Origin: Nemertoderma westbladi
Lineage: Eukaryota > Animalia > Xenacoelomorpha
Length of the DNA stretch: 64,000 bases
NCBI GenBank assembly: GCA_032718475.1
Contig: JAUCBJ010000754.1
Location: forward strand, 1-64,000
Direction: 5' to 3'
A program made the position numbers and the translations under genes. Positions 1 through 14,796 of the stretch are shown piece after piece. Positions within the stretch are counted from its first letter, which is position 1. Each line of letters starts with the position of its first letter. The notes beneath the pieces were generated by a model, which worked only from the letters and a program-made list of their open reading frames with translations, was not told where the DNA came from and did no database searches.

Positions 1-3000
1 GGAGATCAGAGACTCACTTAATAAGGAGATTAGTGACTCACTTAATAAAGAGATCAGAGACTCACTTAATAAGGAGATCAGAGACTCACTTAATAAGGAG
101 ATGAGTGACTCACTTAATAAGGAGATTAGTGACTCACTTAATAAGGAGATCAGAGACTCACTTAATAAGGAGATCAGTGACTCACTTAATAAAGAGATTA
201 GTGACTCACTTAATAAGGAGATCAGAGACTCACTTAATAAGGAGATCAGAGACTCACTTAATAAAGATATTAGTGACTCACTTAATAAGGAGATCAGAGA
301 CTCACTTAATAAGGAGATCAGTGACTCACTTAATAAAGAGATTAGTGACTCACTTAATAAGGAGACCAGAGACTCACTTAATAAGGAGATCAGAGACTCA
401 CTTAATAAGGAGATTAGTGACTCACTTAATAAGGAGATCAGAGACTCACTTAATAAGGAGATCAGAGACTCACTTAATAAGGAGATCAGAGACTCACTTA
501 ATAAGGAGATTAGTGACTCACTTAATAAAGAGATCAGAGACTCACTTAATAAGGAGATCAGAGACTCACTTAATAAGGAGATGAGTGACTCACTTAATAA
601 GGAGATTAGTGACTCACTTAATAAGGAGATCAGAGACTCACTTAATAAAGATATTAGTGACTCACTTAATAAGGAGATCAGAGACTCACTTAATAAGGAG
701 ATCAGTGACTCACTTAATAAGGAGATTAGTGACTCACTTAATAAGGAGATCAGAGACTCACTTAATAAGGAGATCAGAGACTCACTTAATAAAGATATTA
801 GTGACTCACTTAATAAGGAGATCAGAGACCACTTAATAAGGAGATCAGTGACTCACTTAATAAAGAGATTAGTGACTCACTTAATAAGGAGATCAGAGAC
901 TCACTTAATAAGGAGATCAGAGACTCACTTAATAAGGAGATTAGTGACTCACTTAATAAGGAGATCAGAGACTCACTTAATAAGGAGATCAGAGACTCAC
1001 TTAATAAGGAGATTAGTGACTCACTTAATAAAGAGATCAGAGACTCACTTAATAAGGAGATCAGAGACTCACTTAATAAAGATATTAGAGACTCACTTAA
1101 TAAGGAGATCAGAGACTCACTTAATAAGGAGATCAGCGTCTCACTTAATAAGGAGATTAGTGACTCACTTAATAAGGAGATCAGAGACTCACTTAATAAG
1201 GAGATCAGAGACTCACTTAATAAGGAGATTAGTGACTCACTTAATAAGGAGATCAGAGACTCACTTAATAAAGAGATTAGAGACTCACTTAATAAAGAGA
1301 TTAGTGACTCACTTAATAAGGAGATCAGAGACTCACTTAATAAGGAGATCAGTGACTCACTTAATAAGGAGATTAGTGACTCACTTAATAAGGAGATCAG
1401 AGACTCACTTAATAAGGAGATCAGAGACTCACTTAATAAAGATATTAGTGACTCACTTAATAAGGAGATCAGAGACTCACTTAATAAAGAGATTAGTGAC
1501 TCACTTAATAAAGAGATCCGAGACTCACTTAATAAGGAGATCAGAGACTCACTTAATAAGGAGATCAGAGACTCACTTAATAAGGAGATCAGAGACTCAC
1601 TTAATAAGGAGATCAGAGACTCACTTAATAAGGAGATCAGTGACTCACTTAATAAGGAGATTAGTGACTCACTTAATAAGGAGATCAGAGACTCACTTAA
1701 TAAGGAGATCAGAGACTTACTTAATAAAGATATTAGTGACTCACTTAATAAGGAGATCAGAGACTCACTTAATAAGGAGATCAGAGACTCACTTAATAAG
1801 GAGATTAGTGACTCACTTAATAAGGAGATCAGAGACTCACTTAATAAAGAGATCAGAGATTCACTTAATAAGGAGATCAGAGACTCACTTAATAAGGAGA
1901 TCAGAGACTCACTTAATAAGGAGATCAGAGACTCACTTAATAAGGAGATCAGTGACTCACTTAATAAGGAGATTAGTGACTCACTTAATAAGGAGATCAG
2001 AGACTCACTTAATAAGGAGATTAGTGACTCACTTAATAAGGAGATCAGAGACTCACTTAATAAGGAGATCAGAGACTCACTTAATAAGGAGATCAGAGAC
2101 TCACTTAATAAGGAGATTAGTGACTCACTTAATAAAGAGATCAGAGACTCACTTAATAAGGAGATCAGAGACTCACTTAATAAGGAGATGAGTGACTCAC
2201 TTAATAAGGAGATTAGTGACTCACTTAATAAGGAGATCAGAGACTCACTTAATAAGGAGATCAGTGACTCACTTAATAAAGAGATTAGTGACTCACTTAA
2301 TAAGGAGATCAGAGACTCACTTAATAAGGAGATCAGAGACTCACTTAATAAAGATATTAGTGACTCACTTAATAAGGAGATCAGAGACTCACTTAATAAG
2401 GAGATCAGTGACTCACTTAATAAAGAGATCAGTGACTCACTTAATAAGGAGACCAGAGACTCACTTAATAAGGAGATCAGAGACTCACTTAATAAGGAGA
2501 TTAGTGACTCACTTAATAAGGAGATCAGAGACTCACTTAATAAGGAGATCAGAGACTCACTTAATAAGGAGATCAGAGACTCACTTAATAAGGAGATTAG
2601 TGACTCACTTAATAAAGAGATCAGAGACTCACTTAATAAGGAGATCAGAGACTCACTTAATAAGGAGATGAGTGACTCACTTAATAAGGAGATTAGTGAC
2701 TCACTTAATAAGGAGATCAGAGACTCACTTAATAAAGATATTAGTGACTCACTTAATAAGGAGATCAGAGACTCACTTAATAAGGAGATCAGTGACTCAC
2801 TTAATAAGGAGATTAGTGACTCACTTAATAAGGAGATCAGAGACTCACTTAATAAGGAGATCAGAGACTCACTTAATAAAGATATTAGTGACTCACTTAA
2901 TAAGGAGATCAGAGACCACTTAATAAGGAGATCAGTGACTCACTTAATAAAGAGATTAGTGACTCACTTAATAAGGAGATCAGAGACTCACTTTAATAAG

Positions 3001-6000
3001 GAGATCAGAGACTCACTTAATAAGGAGATTAGTGACTCACTTAATAAGGAGATCAGAGACTCACTTAATAAGGAGATCAGAGACTCACTTAATAAGGAGA
3101 TTAGTGACTCACTTAATAAAGAGATCAGAGACTCACTTAATAAGGAGATCAGAGACTCACTTAATAAAGATATTAGAGACTCACTTAATAAGGAGATCAG
3201 AGACTCACTTAATAAGGAGATCAGCGTCTCACTTAATAAGGAGATTAGTGACTCACTTAATAAGGAGATCAGAGACTCACTTAATAAGGAGATCAGAGAC
3301 TCACTTAATAAGGAGATTAGTGACTCACTTAATAAGGAGATCAGAGACTCACTTAATAAAGAGATTAGAGACTCACTTAATAAAGAGATTAGTGACTCAC
3401 TTAATAAGGAGATCAGAGACTCACTTAATAAGGAGATCAGTGACTCACTTAATAAGGAGATTAGTGACTCACTTAATAAGGAGATCAGAGACTCACTTAA
3501 TAAGGAGATCAGAGACTCACTTAATAAAGATATTAGTGACTCACTTAATAAGGAGATCAGAGACTCACTTAATAAAGAGATTAGTGACTCACTTAATAAA
3601 GAGATCCGAGACTCACTTAATAAGGAGATCAGAGACTCACTTAATAAGGAGATCAGAGACTCACTTAATAAGGAGATCAGAGACTCACTTAATAAGGAGA
3701 TCAGAGACTCACTTAATAAGGAGATCAGTGACTCACTTAATAAGGAGATTAGTGACTCACTTAATAAGGAGATCAGAGACTCACTTAATAAGGAGATCAG
3801 AGACTTACTTAATAAAGATATTAGTGACTCACTTAATAAGGAGATCAGAGACTCACTTAATAAGGAGATCAGAGACTCACTTAATAAGGAGATTAGTGAC
3901 TCACTTAATAAGGAGATCAGAGACTCACTTAATAAAGAGATCAGAGATTCACTTAATAAGGAGATCAGAGACTCACTTAATAAGGAGATCAGAGACTCAC
4001 TTAATAAGGAGATCAGAGACTCACTTAATAAGGAGATCAGTGACTCACTTAATAAGGAGATTAGTGACTCACTTAATAAGGAGATCAGAGACTCACTTAA
4101 TAAGGAGATTAGTGACTCACTTAATAAGGAGATCAGAGACTCACTTAATAAGGAGATCAGAGACTCACTTAATAAGGAGATCAGAGACTCACTTAATAAG
4201 GAGATTAGTGACTCACTTAATAAAGAGATCAGAGACTCACTTAATAAGGAGATCAGAGACTCACTTAATAAGGAGATGAGTGACTCACTTAATAAGGAGA
4301 TTAGTGACTCACTTAATAAGGAGATCAGAGACTCACTTAATAAGGAGATCAGTGACTCACTTAATAAAGAGATTAGTGACTCACTTAATAAGGAGATCAG
4401 AGACTCACTTAATAAGGAGATCAGAGACTCACTTAATAAAGATATTAGTGACTCACTTAATAAGGAGATCAGAGACTCACTTAATAAGGAGATCAGTGAC
4501 TCACTTAATAAAGAGATCAGTGACTCACTTAATAAGGAGACCAGAGACTCACTTAATAAGGAGATCAGAGACTCACTTAATAAGGAGATTAGTGACTCAC
4601 TTAATAAGGAGATCAGAGACTCACTTAATAAGGAGATCAGAGACTCACTTAATAAGGAGATCAGAGACTCACTTAATAAGGAGATTAGTGACTCACTTAA
4701 TAAAGAGATCAGAGACTCACTTAATAAGGAGATCAGAGACTCACTTAATAAGGAGATGAGTGACTCACTTAATAAGGAGATTAGTGACTCACTTAATAAG
4801 GAGATCAGAGACTCACTTAATAAAGATATTAGTGACTCACTTAATAAGGAGATCAGAGACTCACTTAATAAGGAGATCAGTGACTCACTTAATAAGGAGA
4901 TTAGTGACTCACTTAATAAGGAGATCAGAGACTCACTTAATAAGGAGATCAGAGACTCACTTAATAAAGATATTAGTGACTCACTTAATAAGGAGATCAG
5001 AGACCACTTAATAAGGAGATCAGTGACTCACTTAATAAAGAGATTAGTGACTCACTTAATAAGGAGATCAGAGACTCACTTTTAATAAGGAGATCAGAGA
5101 CTCACTTAATAAGGAGATTAGTGACTCACTTAATAAGGAGATCAGAGACTCACTTAATAAGGAGATCAGAGACTCACTTAATAAGGAGATTAGTGACTCA
5201 CTTAATAAAGAGATCAGAGACTCACTTAATAAGGAGATCAGAGACTCACTTAATAAAGATATTAGTGACTCACTTAATAAGGAGATCAGAGACTCACTTA
5301 ATAAGGAGATCAGCGTCTCACTTAATAAGGAGATTAGTGACTCACTTAATAAGGAGATCAGAGACTCACTTAATAAGGAGATCAGAGACTCACTTAATAA
5401 GGAGATTAGTGACTCACTTAATAAGGAGATCAGAGACTCACTTAATAAAGAGATTAGAGACTCACTTAATAAAGAGATTAGTGACTCACTTAATAAGGAG
5501 ATCAGAGACTCACTTAATAAGGAGATCAGTGACTCACTTAATAAGGAGATTAGTGACTCACTTAATAAGGAGATCAGAGACTCACTTAATAAGGAGATCA
5601 GAGGCTCACTTAATAAAGATATTAGTGACTCACTTAATAAGGAGATCAGAGACTCACTTAATAAAGAGATTAGTGACTCACTTAATAAAGAGATCCGAGA
5701 CTCACTTAATAAGGAGATCAGAGACTCACTTAATAAGGAGATCAGAGACTCACTTAATAAGGAGATCAGAGACTCACTTAATAAGGAGATCAGAGACTCA
5801 CTTAATAAGGAGATCAGTGACTCACTTAATAAGGAGATTAGTGACTCACTTAATAAGGAGATCAGAGACTCACTTAATAAGGAGATCAGAGACTTACTTA
5901 ATAAAGATATTAGTGACTCACTTAATAAGGAGATCAGAGACTCACTTAATAAGGAGATCAGAGACTCACTTAATAAGGAGATTAGTGACTCACTTAATAA

Positions 6001-9000
6001 GGAGATCAGAGACTCACTTAATAAAGAGATCAGAGATTCACTTAATAAGGAGATCAGAGACTCACTTAATAAGGAGATCAGAGACTCACTTAATAAGGAG
6101 ATCAGAGACTCACTTAATAAGGAGATCAGTGACTCACTTAATAAGGAGATTAGTGACTCACTTAATAAGGAGATCAGAGACTCACTTAATAAAGAGATTA
6201 GTGACTCACTTAATAAGGAGATCCGAGACTCACTTAATAAGGAGATCAGAGACTCACTTAATAAGGAGATCAGAGACTCACTTAATAAAGAGATTAGTGA
6301 CTCACTTAATAAGGAGATCAGAGACTCACTTAATAAGGAGATTAGTGATTCACTTAATAAGGAGATCAGAGACTCACTTAATAAGGAGATCAGAGACTCA
6401 CTTAATAAGGAGATCAGATACTCACTTAATAAGGAGATAAGAGACTCACTTAATAAAGAGATCAGAGACTCACTTAATAAGGAGATCCGAGACTCACTTA
6501 ATAAGGAGATCAGAGACTCACTTAATAAGGAGATCAGAGACTCACTTAATAAGGAGATCAGAGACTCACTTAATAAGGAGATCAGAGATTCACTTAATAA
6601 GGAGATCAGTGACTCACATAATAAGGAGATTAGTGACTCACTTAATAAGGAGATCAGAGACTCACGTAATAAGGAGATTAGAGACTCACTTAATAAAGAT
6701 ATTAGTGACTCACTTAATAAGGAGATCAGAGACTCACTTAATAAAGAGATTAGTGACTCACTTAATAAAGAGATTAGTGACTCACTTAATAAGGAGATTA
6801 GAGACTCACTTAATAAGGAGATTAGTGACTCACTTAATAAGGAGATCAGAGACTCACTTAATAAAGAGATCAGAGACTCACTTAATAAGGAGATCAGAGA
6901 CTCACTTAATAAGGAGATCAGAGACTCACTTAATAAGGAGATCAGAGACTCACTTAATAAGGAGATCAGTGACTCACTTAATAAGGAGATTAGTGACTCA
7001 CTTAATAAGGAGATCAGAGACTCACTTAATAAAGATATTAGTGACTCACTTAATAAGGAGATCAGAGACTCACTTAATAAGGAGATCAGAGACTCACTTA
7101 ATAAGGAGATCAGTGACTCACTTAATAAGGAGATTAGTGACTCACTTAATAAGGAGATCAGAGACTCACTTAATAAAGATATTAGTGACTCACTTAATAA
7201 GGAGATCAGAGACTCACTTAATAAGGAGATCAGAGACTCACTTAATAAGGAGATCAGAGACTCACTTAATAAGGAGATCAGTGACTCACTTAATAAGGAG
7301 ATTAGTGACTCACTTAATAAGGAGATCAGAGACTCACTTAATAAGGAGATCAGAGACTCACTTAATAAGGAGATCAGAGACTCACTTAATAAGGAGATCA
7401 GTGTCTCACTTAATAAGGAGATTAGTGACTCACTTAATAAGGAGATCAGAGACTCACTTAATAAAGTGATTAGTGACTCACTTAATAAAGATATTAGTGA
7501 CTCACTTAATAAGGAGATCCGAGAATCACTTAATAAGGAGATCAGAGACTCACTTAATAAGGAGATCAGAGACTCACTTAATAAGGAGATCAGAGACTCA
7601 CTTAATAAGGAGATCAGAGACTCACTTAATAAGGAGATCAGTGACTCACTTAATAAGGAGATTAGTGACTCACTTAATAAGGAGATCAGAGACTCACGTA
7701 ATAAGGAGATCAGAGACTCACTTAATAAAGATATTAGTGACTCACTTAATAAGGAGATCAGAGACTCACTTAATAAAGAGATTAGTGACTCACTTAATAA
7801 AGAGATTAGTGACTCACTTAATAAGGAGATTAGAGACTCACTTAATAAGGAGATTAGTGACTCACTTAATAAGGAGATCAGAGACTCACTTAATAAAGAG
7901 ATCAGAGACTCACTTAATAAGGAGATCAGAGACTCACTTAATAAGGAGATCAGAGACTCACTTAATAAGGAGATCAGAGACTCACTTAATAAGGAGATCA
8001 GTGACTCACTTAATAAGGAGATTAGTGACTCACTTAATAAGGAGATCAGAGACTCACTTAATAAAGATATTAGTGACTCACTTAATAAGGAGATCATAGA
8101 CTCACTTAATAAGGAGATCAGAGACTCACTTAATAAGGAGATCAGTGACTCACTTAATAAGGAGATTAGTGACTCACTTAATAAGGAGATCAGAGACTCA
8201 CTTAATAAGGAGATCAGAGACTCACTTAATAAAGATATTAGTGACTCACTTAATAAGGAGATCAGAGACTCACTTAATAAGGAGATCAGAGACTCACTTA
8301 ATAAGGAGATCAGTGACTCACTTAATAAGGAGATTAGTGACTCACTTAATAAGGAGATCAGAGACTCACTTAATAAGGAGATCAGAGACTCACTTAATAA
8401 GGAGATTAGTGACTCACTTAATAAGGAGATCAGAGACTCACTTAATAAAGAGATCAGAGACACACTTAATAAGGAGATCAGAGACTCACTTAATAAGGAG
8501 ATCAGAGACTCACTTAATAAGGAGATCAGTGACTCACTTAATAAGGAGATTAGTGACTCACTTAATAAGGAGATCAGAGACTCACTTAATAAGGAGATCA
8601 GAGACTCACTTAATAAAGATATTAGTGACTCACTTAATAAGGAGATCAGAGACTCACTTAATAAGGAGATCAGAGACTCACTTAATAAGGAGATCAGAGA
8701 CTCACTTAATAAGGAGATCAGAGACTCACTTAATAAGGAGATCAGAGACTCACTTAATAAGGAGATCAGAGACTCACTTAATAAGGAGATCAGTGACTCA
8801 CTTAATAAGGAGATCAGAGACTCACTTAATAAGGAGATCAGAGACTCACTTAATAAAGATATTAGTGACTCACTTAATAAGGAGATCAGAGACTCACTTA
8901 ATAAGGAGATCAGTGACTCACTTAATAAAGAGATCAGTGACTCACTTAATAAGGAGACCAGAGACTCACTTAATAAGGAGATCAGAGACTCACTTAATAA

Positions 9001-12000
9001 GGAGATTAGTGACTCACTTAATAAGGAGATCAGAGACTCACTTAATAAGGAGATCAGAGACTCACTTAATAAGGAGATCAGAGACTCACTTAATAAGGAG
9101 ATTAGTGACTCACTTAATAAAGAGATCAGAGACTCACTTAATAAGGAGATCAGAGACTCACTTAATAAGGAGATGAGTGACTCACTTAATAAGGAGATTA
9201 GTGACTCACTTAATAAGGAGATCAGAGACTCACTTAATAAAGATATTAGTGACTCACTTAATAAGGAGATCAGAGACTCACTTAATAAGGAGATCAGTGA
9301 CTCACTTAATAAGGAGATTAGTGACTCACTTAATAAGGAGATCAGAGACTCACTTAATAAGGAGATCAGAGACTCACTTAATAAAGATATTAGTGACTCA
9401 CTTAATAAGGAGATCAGAGACCACTTAATAAGGAGATCAGTGACTCACTTAATAAAGAGATTAGTGACTCACTTAATAAGGAGATCAGAGACTCACTTTT
9501 AATAAGGAGATCAGAGACTCACTTAATAAGGAGATTAGTGACTCACTTAATAAGGAGATCAGAGACTCACTTAATAAGGAGATCAGAGACTCACTTAATA
9601 AGGAGATTAGTGACTCACTTAATAAAGAGATCAGAGACTCACTTAATAAGGAGATCAGAGACTCACTTAATAAAGATATTAGTGACTCACTTAATAAGGA
9701 GATCAGAGACTAACTTAATAAGGAGATCAGCGTCTCACTTAATAAGGAGATTAGTGACTCACTTAATAAGGAGATCAGAGACTCACTTAATAAGGAGATC
9801 AGAGACTCACTTAATAAGGAGATTAGTGACTCACTTAATAAGGAGATCAGAGACTCACTTAATAAAGAGATTAGAGACTCACTTAATAAAGAGATTAGTG
9901 ACTCACTTAATAAGGAGATCAGAGACTCACTTAATAAGGAGATCAGTGACTCACTTAATAAGGAGATTAGTGACTCACTTAATAAGGAGATCAGAGACTC
10001 ACTTAATAAGGAGATCAGAGGCTCACTTAATAAAGATATTAGTGACTCACTTAATAAGGAGATCAGAGACTCACTTAATAAAGAGATTAGTGACTCACTT
10101 AATAAAGAGATCCGAGACTCACTTAATAAGGAGATCAGAGACTCACTTAATAAGGAGATCAGAGACTCACTTAATAAGGAGATCAGAGACTCACTTAATA
10201 AGGAGATCAGAGACTCACTTAATAAGGAGATCAGTGACTCACTTAATAAGGAGATTAGTGACTCACTTAATAAGGAGATCAGAGACTCACTTAATAAGGA
10301 GATCAGAGACTTACTTAATAAAGATATTAGTGACTCACTTAATAAGGAGATCAGAGACTCACTTAATAAGGAGATCAGAGACTCACTTAATAAGGAGATT
10401 AGTGACTCACTTAATAAGGAGATCAGAGACTCACTTAATAAAGAGATCAGAGATTCACTTAATAAGGAGATCAGAGACTCACTTAATAAGGAGATCAGAG
10501 ACTCACTTAATAAGGAGATCAGAGACTCACTTAATAAGGAGATCAGTGACTCACTTAATAAGGAGATTAGTGACTCACTTAATAAGGAGATCAGAGACTC
10601 ACTTAATAAAGAGATTAGTGACTCACTTAATAAGGAGATCCGAGACTCACTTAATAAGGAGATCAGAGACTCACTTAATAAGGAGATCAGAGACTCACTT
10701 AATAAAGAGATTAGTGACTCACTTAATAAGGAGATCAGAGACTCACTTAATAAGGAGATTAGTGATTCACTTAATAAGGAGATCAGAGACTCACTTAATA
10801 AGGAGATCAGAGACTCACTTAATAAGGAGATCAGATACTCACTTAATAAGGAGATAAGAGACTCACTTAATAAAGAGATCAGAGACTCACTTAATAAGGA
10901 GATCCGAGACTCACTTAATAAGGAGATCAGAGACTCACTTAATAAGGAGATCAGAGACTCACTTAATAAGGAGATCAGAGACTCACTTAATAAGGAGATC
11001 AGAGATTCACTTAATAAGGAGATCAGTGACTCACATAATAAGGAGATTAGTGACTCACTTAATAAGGAGATCAGAGACTCACGTAATAAGGAGATTAGAG
11101 ACTCACTTAATAAAGATATTAGTGACTCACTTAATAAGGAGATCAGAGACTCACTTAATAAAGAGATTAGTGACTCACTTAATAAAGAGATTAGTGACTC
11201 ACTTAATAAGGAGATTAGAGACTCACTTAATAAGGAGATTAGTGACTCACTTAATAAGGAGATCAGAGACTCACTTAATAAAGAGATCAGAGACTCACTT
11301 AATAAGGAGATCAGAGACTCACTTAATAAGGAGATCAGAGACTCACTTAATAAGGAGATCAGAGACTCACTTAATAAGGAGATCAGTGACTCACTTAATA
11401 AGGAGATTAGTGACTCACTTAATAAGGAGATCAGAGACTCACTTAATAAAGATATTAGTGACTCACTTAATAAGGAGATCAGAGACTCACTTAATAAGGA
11501 GATCAGAGACTCACTTAATAAGGAGATCAGTGACTCACTTAATAAGGAGATTAGTGACTCACTTAATAAGGAGATCAGAGACTCACTTAATAAAGATATT
11601 AGTGACTCACTTAATAAGGAGATCAGAGACTCACTTAATAAGGAGATCAGAGACTCACTTAATAAGGAGATCAGAGACTCACTTAATAAGGAGATCAGTG
11701 ACTCACTTAATAAGGAGATTAGTGACTCACTTAATAAGGAGATCAGAGACTCACTTAATAAGGAGATCAGAGACTCACTTAATAAGGAGATCAGAGACTC
11801 ACTTAATAAGGAGATCAGTGTCTCACTTAATAAGGAGATTAGTGACTCACTTAATAAGGAGATCAGAGACTCACTTAATAAAGTGATTAGTGACTCACTT
11901 AATAAAGATATTAGTGACTCACTTAATAAGGAGATCCGAGAATCACTTAATAAGGAGATCAGAGACTCACTTAATAAGGAGATCAGAGACTCACTTAATA

Positions 12001-14096
12001 AGGAGATCAGAGACTCACTTAATAAGGAGATCAGAGACTCACTTAATAAGGAGATCAGTGACTCACTTAATAAGGAGATTAGTGACTCACTTAATAAGGA
12101 GATCAGAGACTCACGTAATAAGGAGATCAGAGACTCACTTAATAAAGATATTAGTGACTCACTTAATAAGGAGATCAGAGACTCACTTAATAAAGAGATT
12201 AGTGACTCACTTAATAAAGAGATTAGTGACTCACTTAATAAGGAGATTAGAGACTCACTTAATAAGGAGATTAGTGACTCACTTAATAAGGAGATCAGAG
12301 ACTCACTTAATAAAGAGATCAGAGACTCACTTAATAAGGAGATCAGAGACTCACTTAATAAGGAGATCAGAGACTCACTTAATAAGGAGATCAGAGACTC
12401 ACTTAATAAGGAGATCAGTGACTCACTTAATAAGGAGATTAGTGACTCACTTAATAAGGAGATCAGAGACTCACTTAATAAAGATATTAGTGACTCACTT
12501 AATAAGGAGATCATAGACTCACTTAATAAGGAGATCAGAGACTCACTTAATAAGGAGATCAGTGACTCACTTAATAAGGAGATTAGTGACTCACTTAATA
12601 AGGAGATCAGAGACTCACTTAATAAGGAGATCAGAGACTCACTTAATAAAGATATTAGTGACTCACTTAATAAGGAGATCAGAGACTCACTTAATAAGGA
12701 GATCAGAGACTCACTTAATAAGGAGATCAGTGACTCACTTAATAAGGAGATTAGTGACTCACTTAATAAGGAGATCAGAGACTCACTTAATAAGGAGATC
12801 AGAGACTCACTTAATAAGGAGATTAGTGACTCACTTAATAAGGAGATCAGAGACTCACTTAATAAAGAGATCAGAGACACACTTAATAAGGAGATCAGAG
12901 ACTCACTTAATAAGGAGATCAGAGACTCACTTAATAAGGAGATCAGTGACTCACTTAATAAGGAGATTAGTGACTCACTTAATAAGGAGATCAGAGACTC
13001 ACTTAATAAGGAGATCAGAGACTCACTTAATAAAGATATTAGTGACTCACTTAATAAGGAGATCAGAGACTCACTTAATAAGGAGATCAGAGACTCACTT
13101 AATAAGGAGATTAGTGACTCACTTAATAAGGAGATCAGAGACTCACTTAATAAAGAGATCAGAGACTCACTTAATAAGGAGATCAGAGACTCACTTAATA
13201 AGGAGATCAGAGACTCACTTAATAAGGAGATCAGAGACTCACTTAATAAGGAGATCAGTGACTCACTTAATAAGGAGATTAGTGACTCACTTAATAAGGA
13301 GATCAGAGACTCACTTAATAAGGAGATTAGTGACTCACTTAATAAGGAGATCCGAGACTCACTTAATAAGGAGATCAGAGACTCACTTAATAAGGAGATC
13401 AGAGACTCACTTAATAAGGAGATCAGAGACTCACTTAATAAGGAGATCAGAGACTCACTTAATAAGGAGATCAGAGACTCACTTAATAAGGAGATCAGAG
13501 ACTCACTTAATAAGGAGATCAGAGACTTACTTAATAAGGAGATCAGAGACTCACTTAATAAGGAGATCAGTGACTCACTTAATAAGGAGATTAGTGACTC
13601 ACTTAATAAGGAGATCAGAGACTCACTTAATAAGGAGATCAGAGACTCACTTAATAAAGATATTAGTGACTCACTTAATAAGGAGATCAGAGACTCACTT
13701 AATAAGGAGATCAGAGACTCACTTAATAAGGAGATTAGTGACTCACTTAATAAGGAGATCAGAGACTCACTTAATAAAGAGATCAGAGACTCACTTAATA
13801 AGGAGATCAGAGACTCACTTAATAAGGAGATCAGAGACTCACTTAATAAGGAGATCAGAGACTCACTTAATAAGGAGATCAGAGACTCACTTAATAATGA
13901 GATCAGAGACTCACTTAATAAGGAGATCAGTGACTCACTTAATAAGGAGATCAGAGACTCACTTAATAAGGAGATCAGAGACTCACTTAATAAAGATATT
14001 AGTGACTCACTTAATAAGGAGATCAGAGACTCACTTAATAAGGAGATCAGAGACTCACTTAATAAGGAGATTAGTGACTCACTTAATAAGGAGATC
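1..14096. repeat. 24-bp satellite array, distal part (consensus + strand GGAGATCAGAGACTCACTTAATAA), about 587 monomers, runs off the window start; intronic in the host gene
   Basis: Directly visible 24-nt periodicity with common variants (ATTAGTGAC, AAAGATATT). Ends at the TG of the LTR at 14097. Confidence 0.98.
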
Positions 14097-14547
14097 TGTT
14101 ACGGTATATGGCGCTGTATCCACATTATTAGCCATCATACAGTACAATATATTAGTCCATTATACAGTACGCAATATTAGTCCGTTATGCAGTATAATAA
14201 TTTAGATAAGGTATAATAGCGCAATGACATTTAGATAAGGAAATTGAAACGCCCATATATTTGAATTCATCCATTTTGTATAGTATGTAGCCCTACCTAT
14301 GTAATTTTGTATTAGGATATAAGTAGATAGTTCCAGGGTAGCAAGTTCAGTTGGACCCTGGATTTTGGGCTTGCTGTTATTAGTCTTGATGGGCTAGCTA
14401 TCACGTGTCGTAATTTCCTATAATTGCGCTAAATTAATGTTTGTGCATCATGTTATTAGTACCGCTAAATTAAGCACCGGCAAAATTACTTTATATGGTG
14501 ACGTTTTGAGGGTTTGAGAAGCAATAGGGCTACAATCCGGCTTTCTT

Positions 14548-14643
14548 ATTGGACTAACGGCTTCCAGGTTGGTCTAATGATAAGCGCGGATTGAAGAGCC
14601 AATGAGTGAGCGATTGCATCACCCTTCTCGGATCACATATAAA
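14548..14643 (+). promoter_or_regulatory. Putative LTR U3 promoter: ATTGG (14548), CCAAT (14599), TATAAA (14638)
   Basis: Motifs are seen directly and are conserved in the 3' LTR (TATAAA 29491). Function is inferred from typical LTR layout. Confidence 0.45.
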
Positions 14644-14796
14644 TTGGCGGTTTGCCGGTAGAGCTGTACTACAACAACAACGACAACACCCCAATAACCT
14701 TACCCACTCACTCAGACATATTTAGTACCATTAAGTTAGAAGTATATTTTGCGTATTTTCTGCAATTTTCTACCTTTTGATTAATTTTCTTGGAAT

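Noticed and set aside
101-14205. Long ORFs of (DSLNKEIR)n, (THLIRRSE)n and (SLISLLSE)n
   Set aside because: They are translations of a stop-free 24-bp monomer, open in several frames and on both strands, shifted by indels, and located inside a host intron. There is no unique domain.
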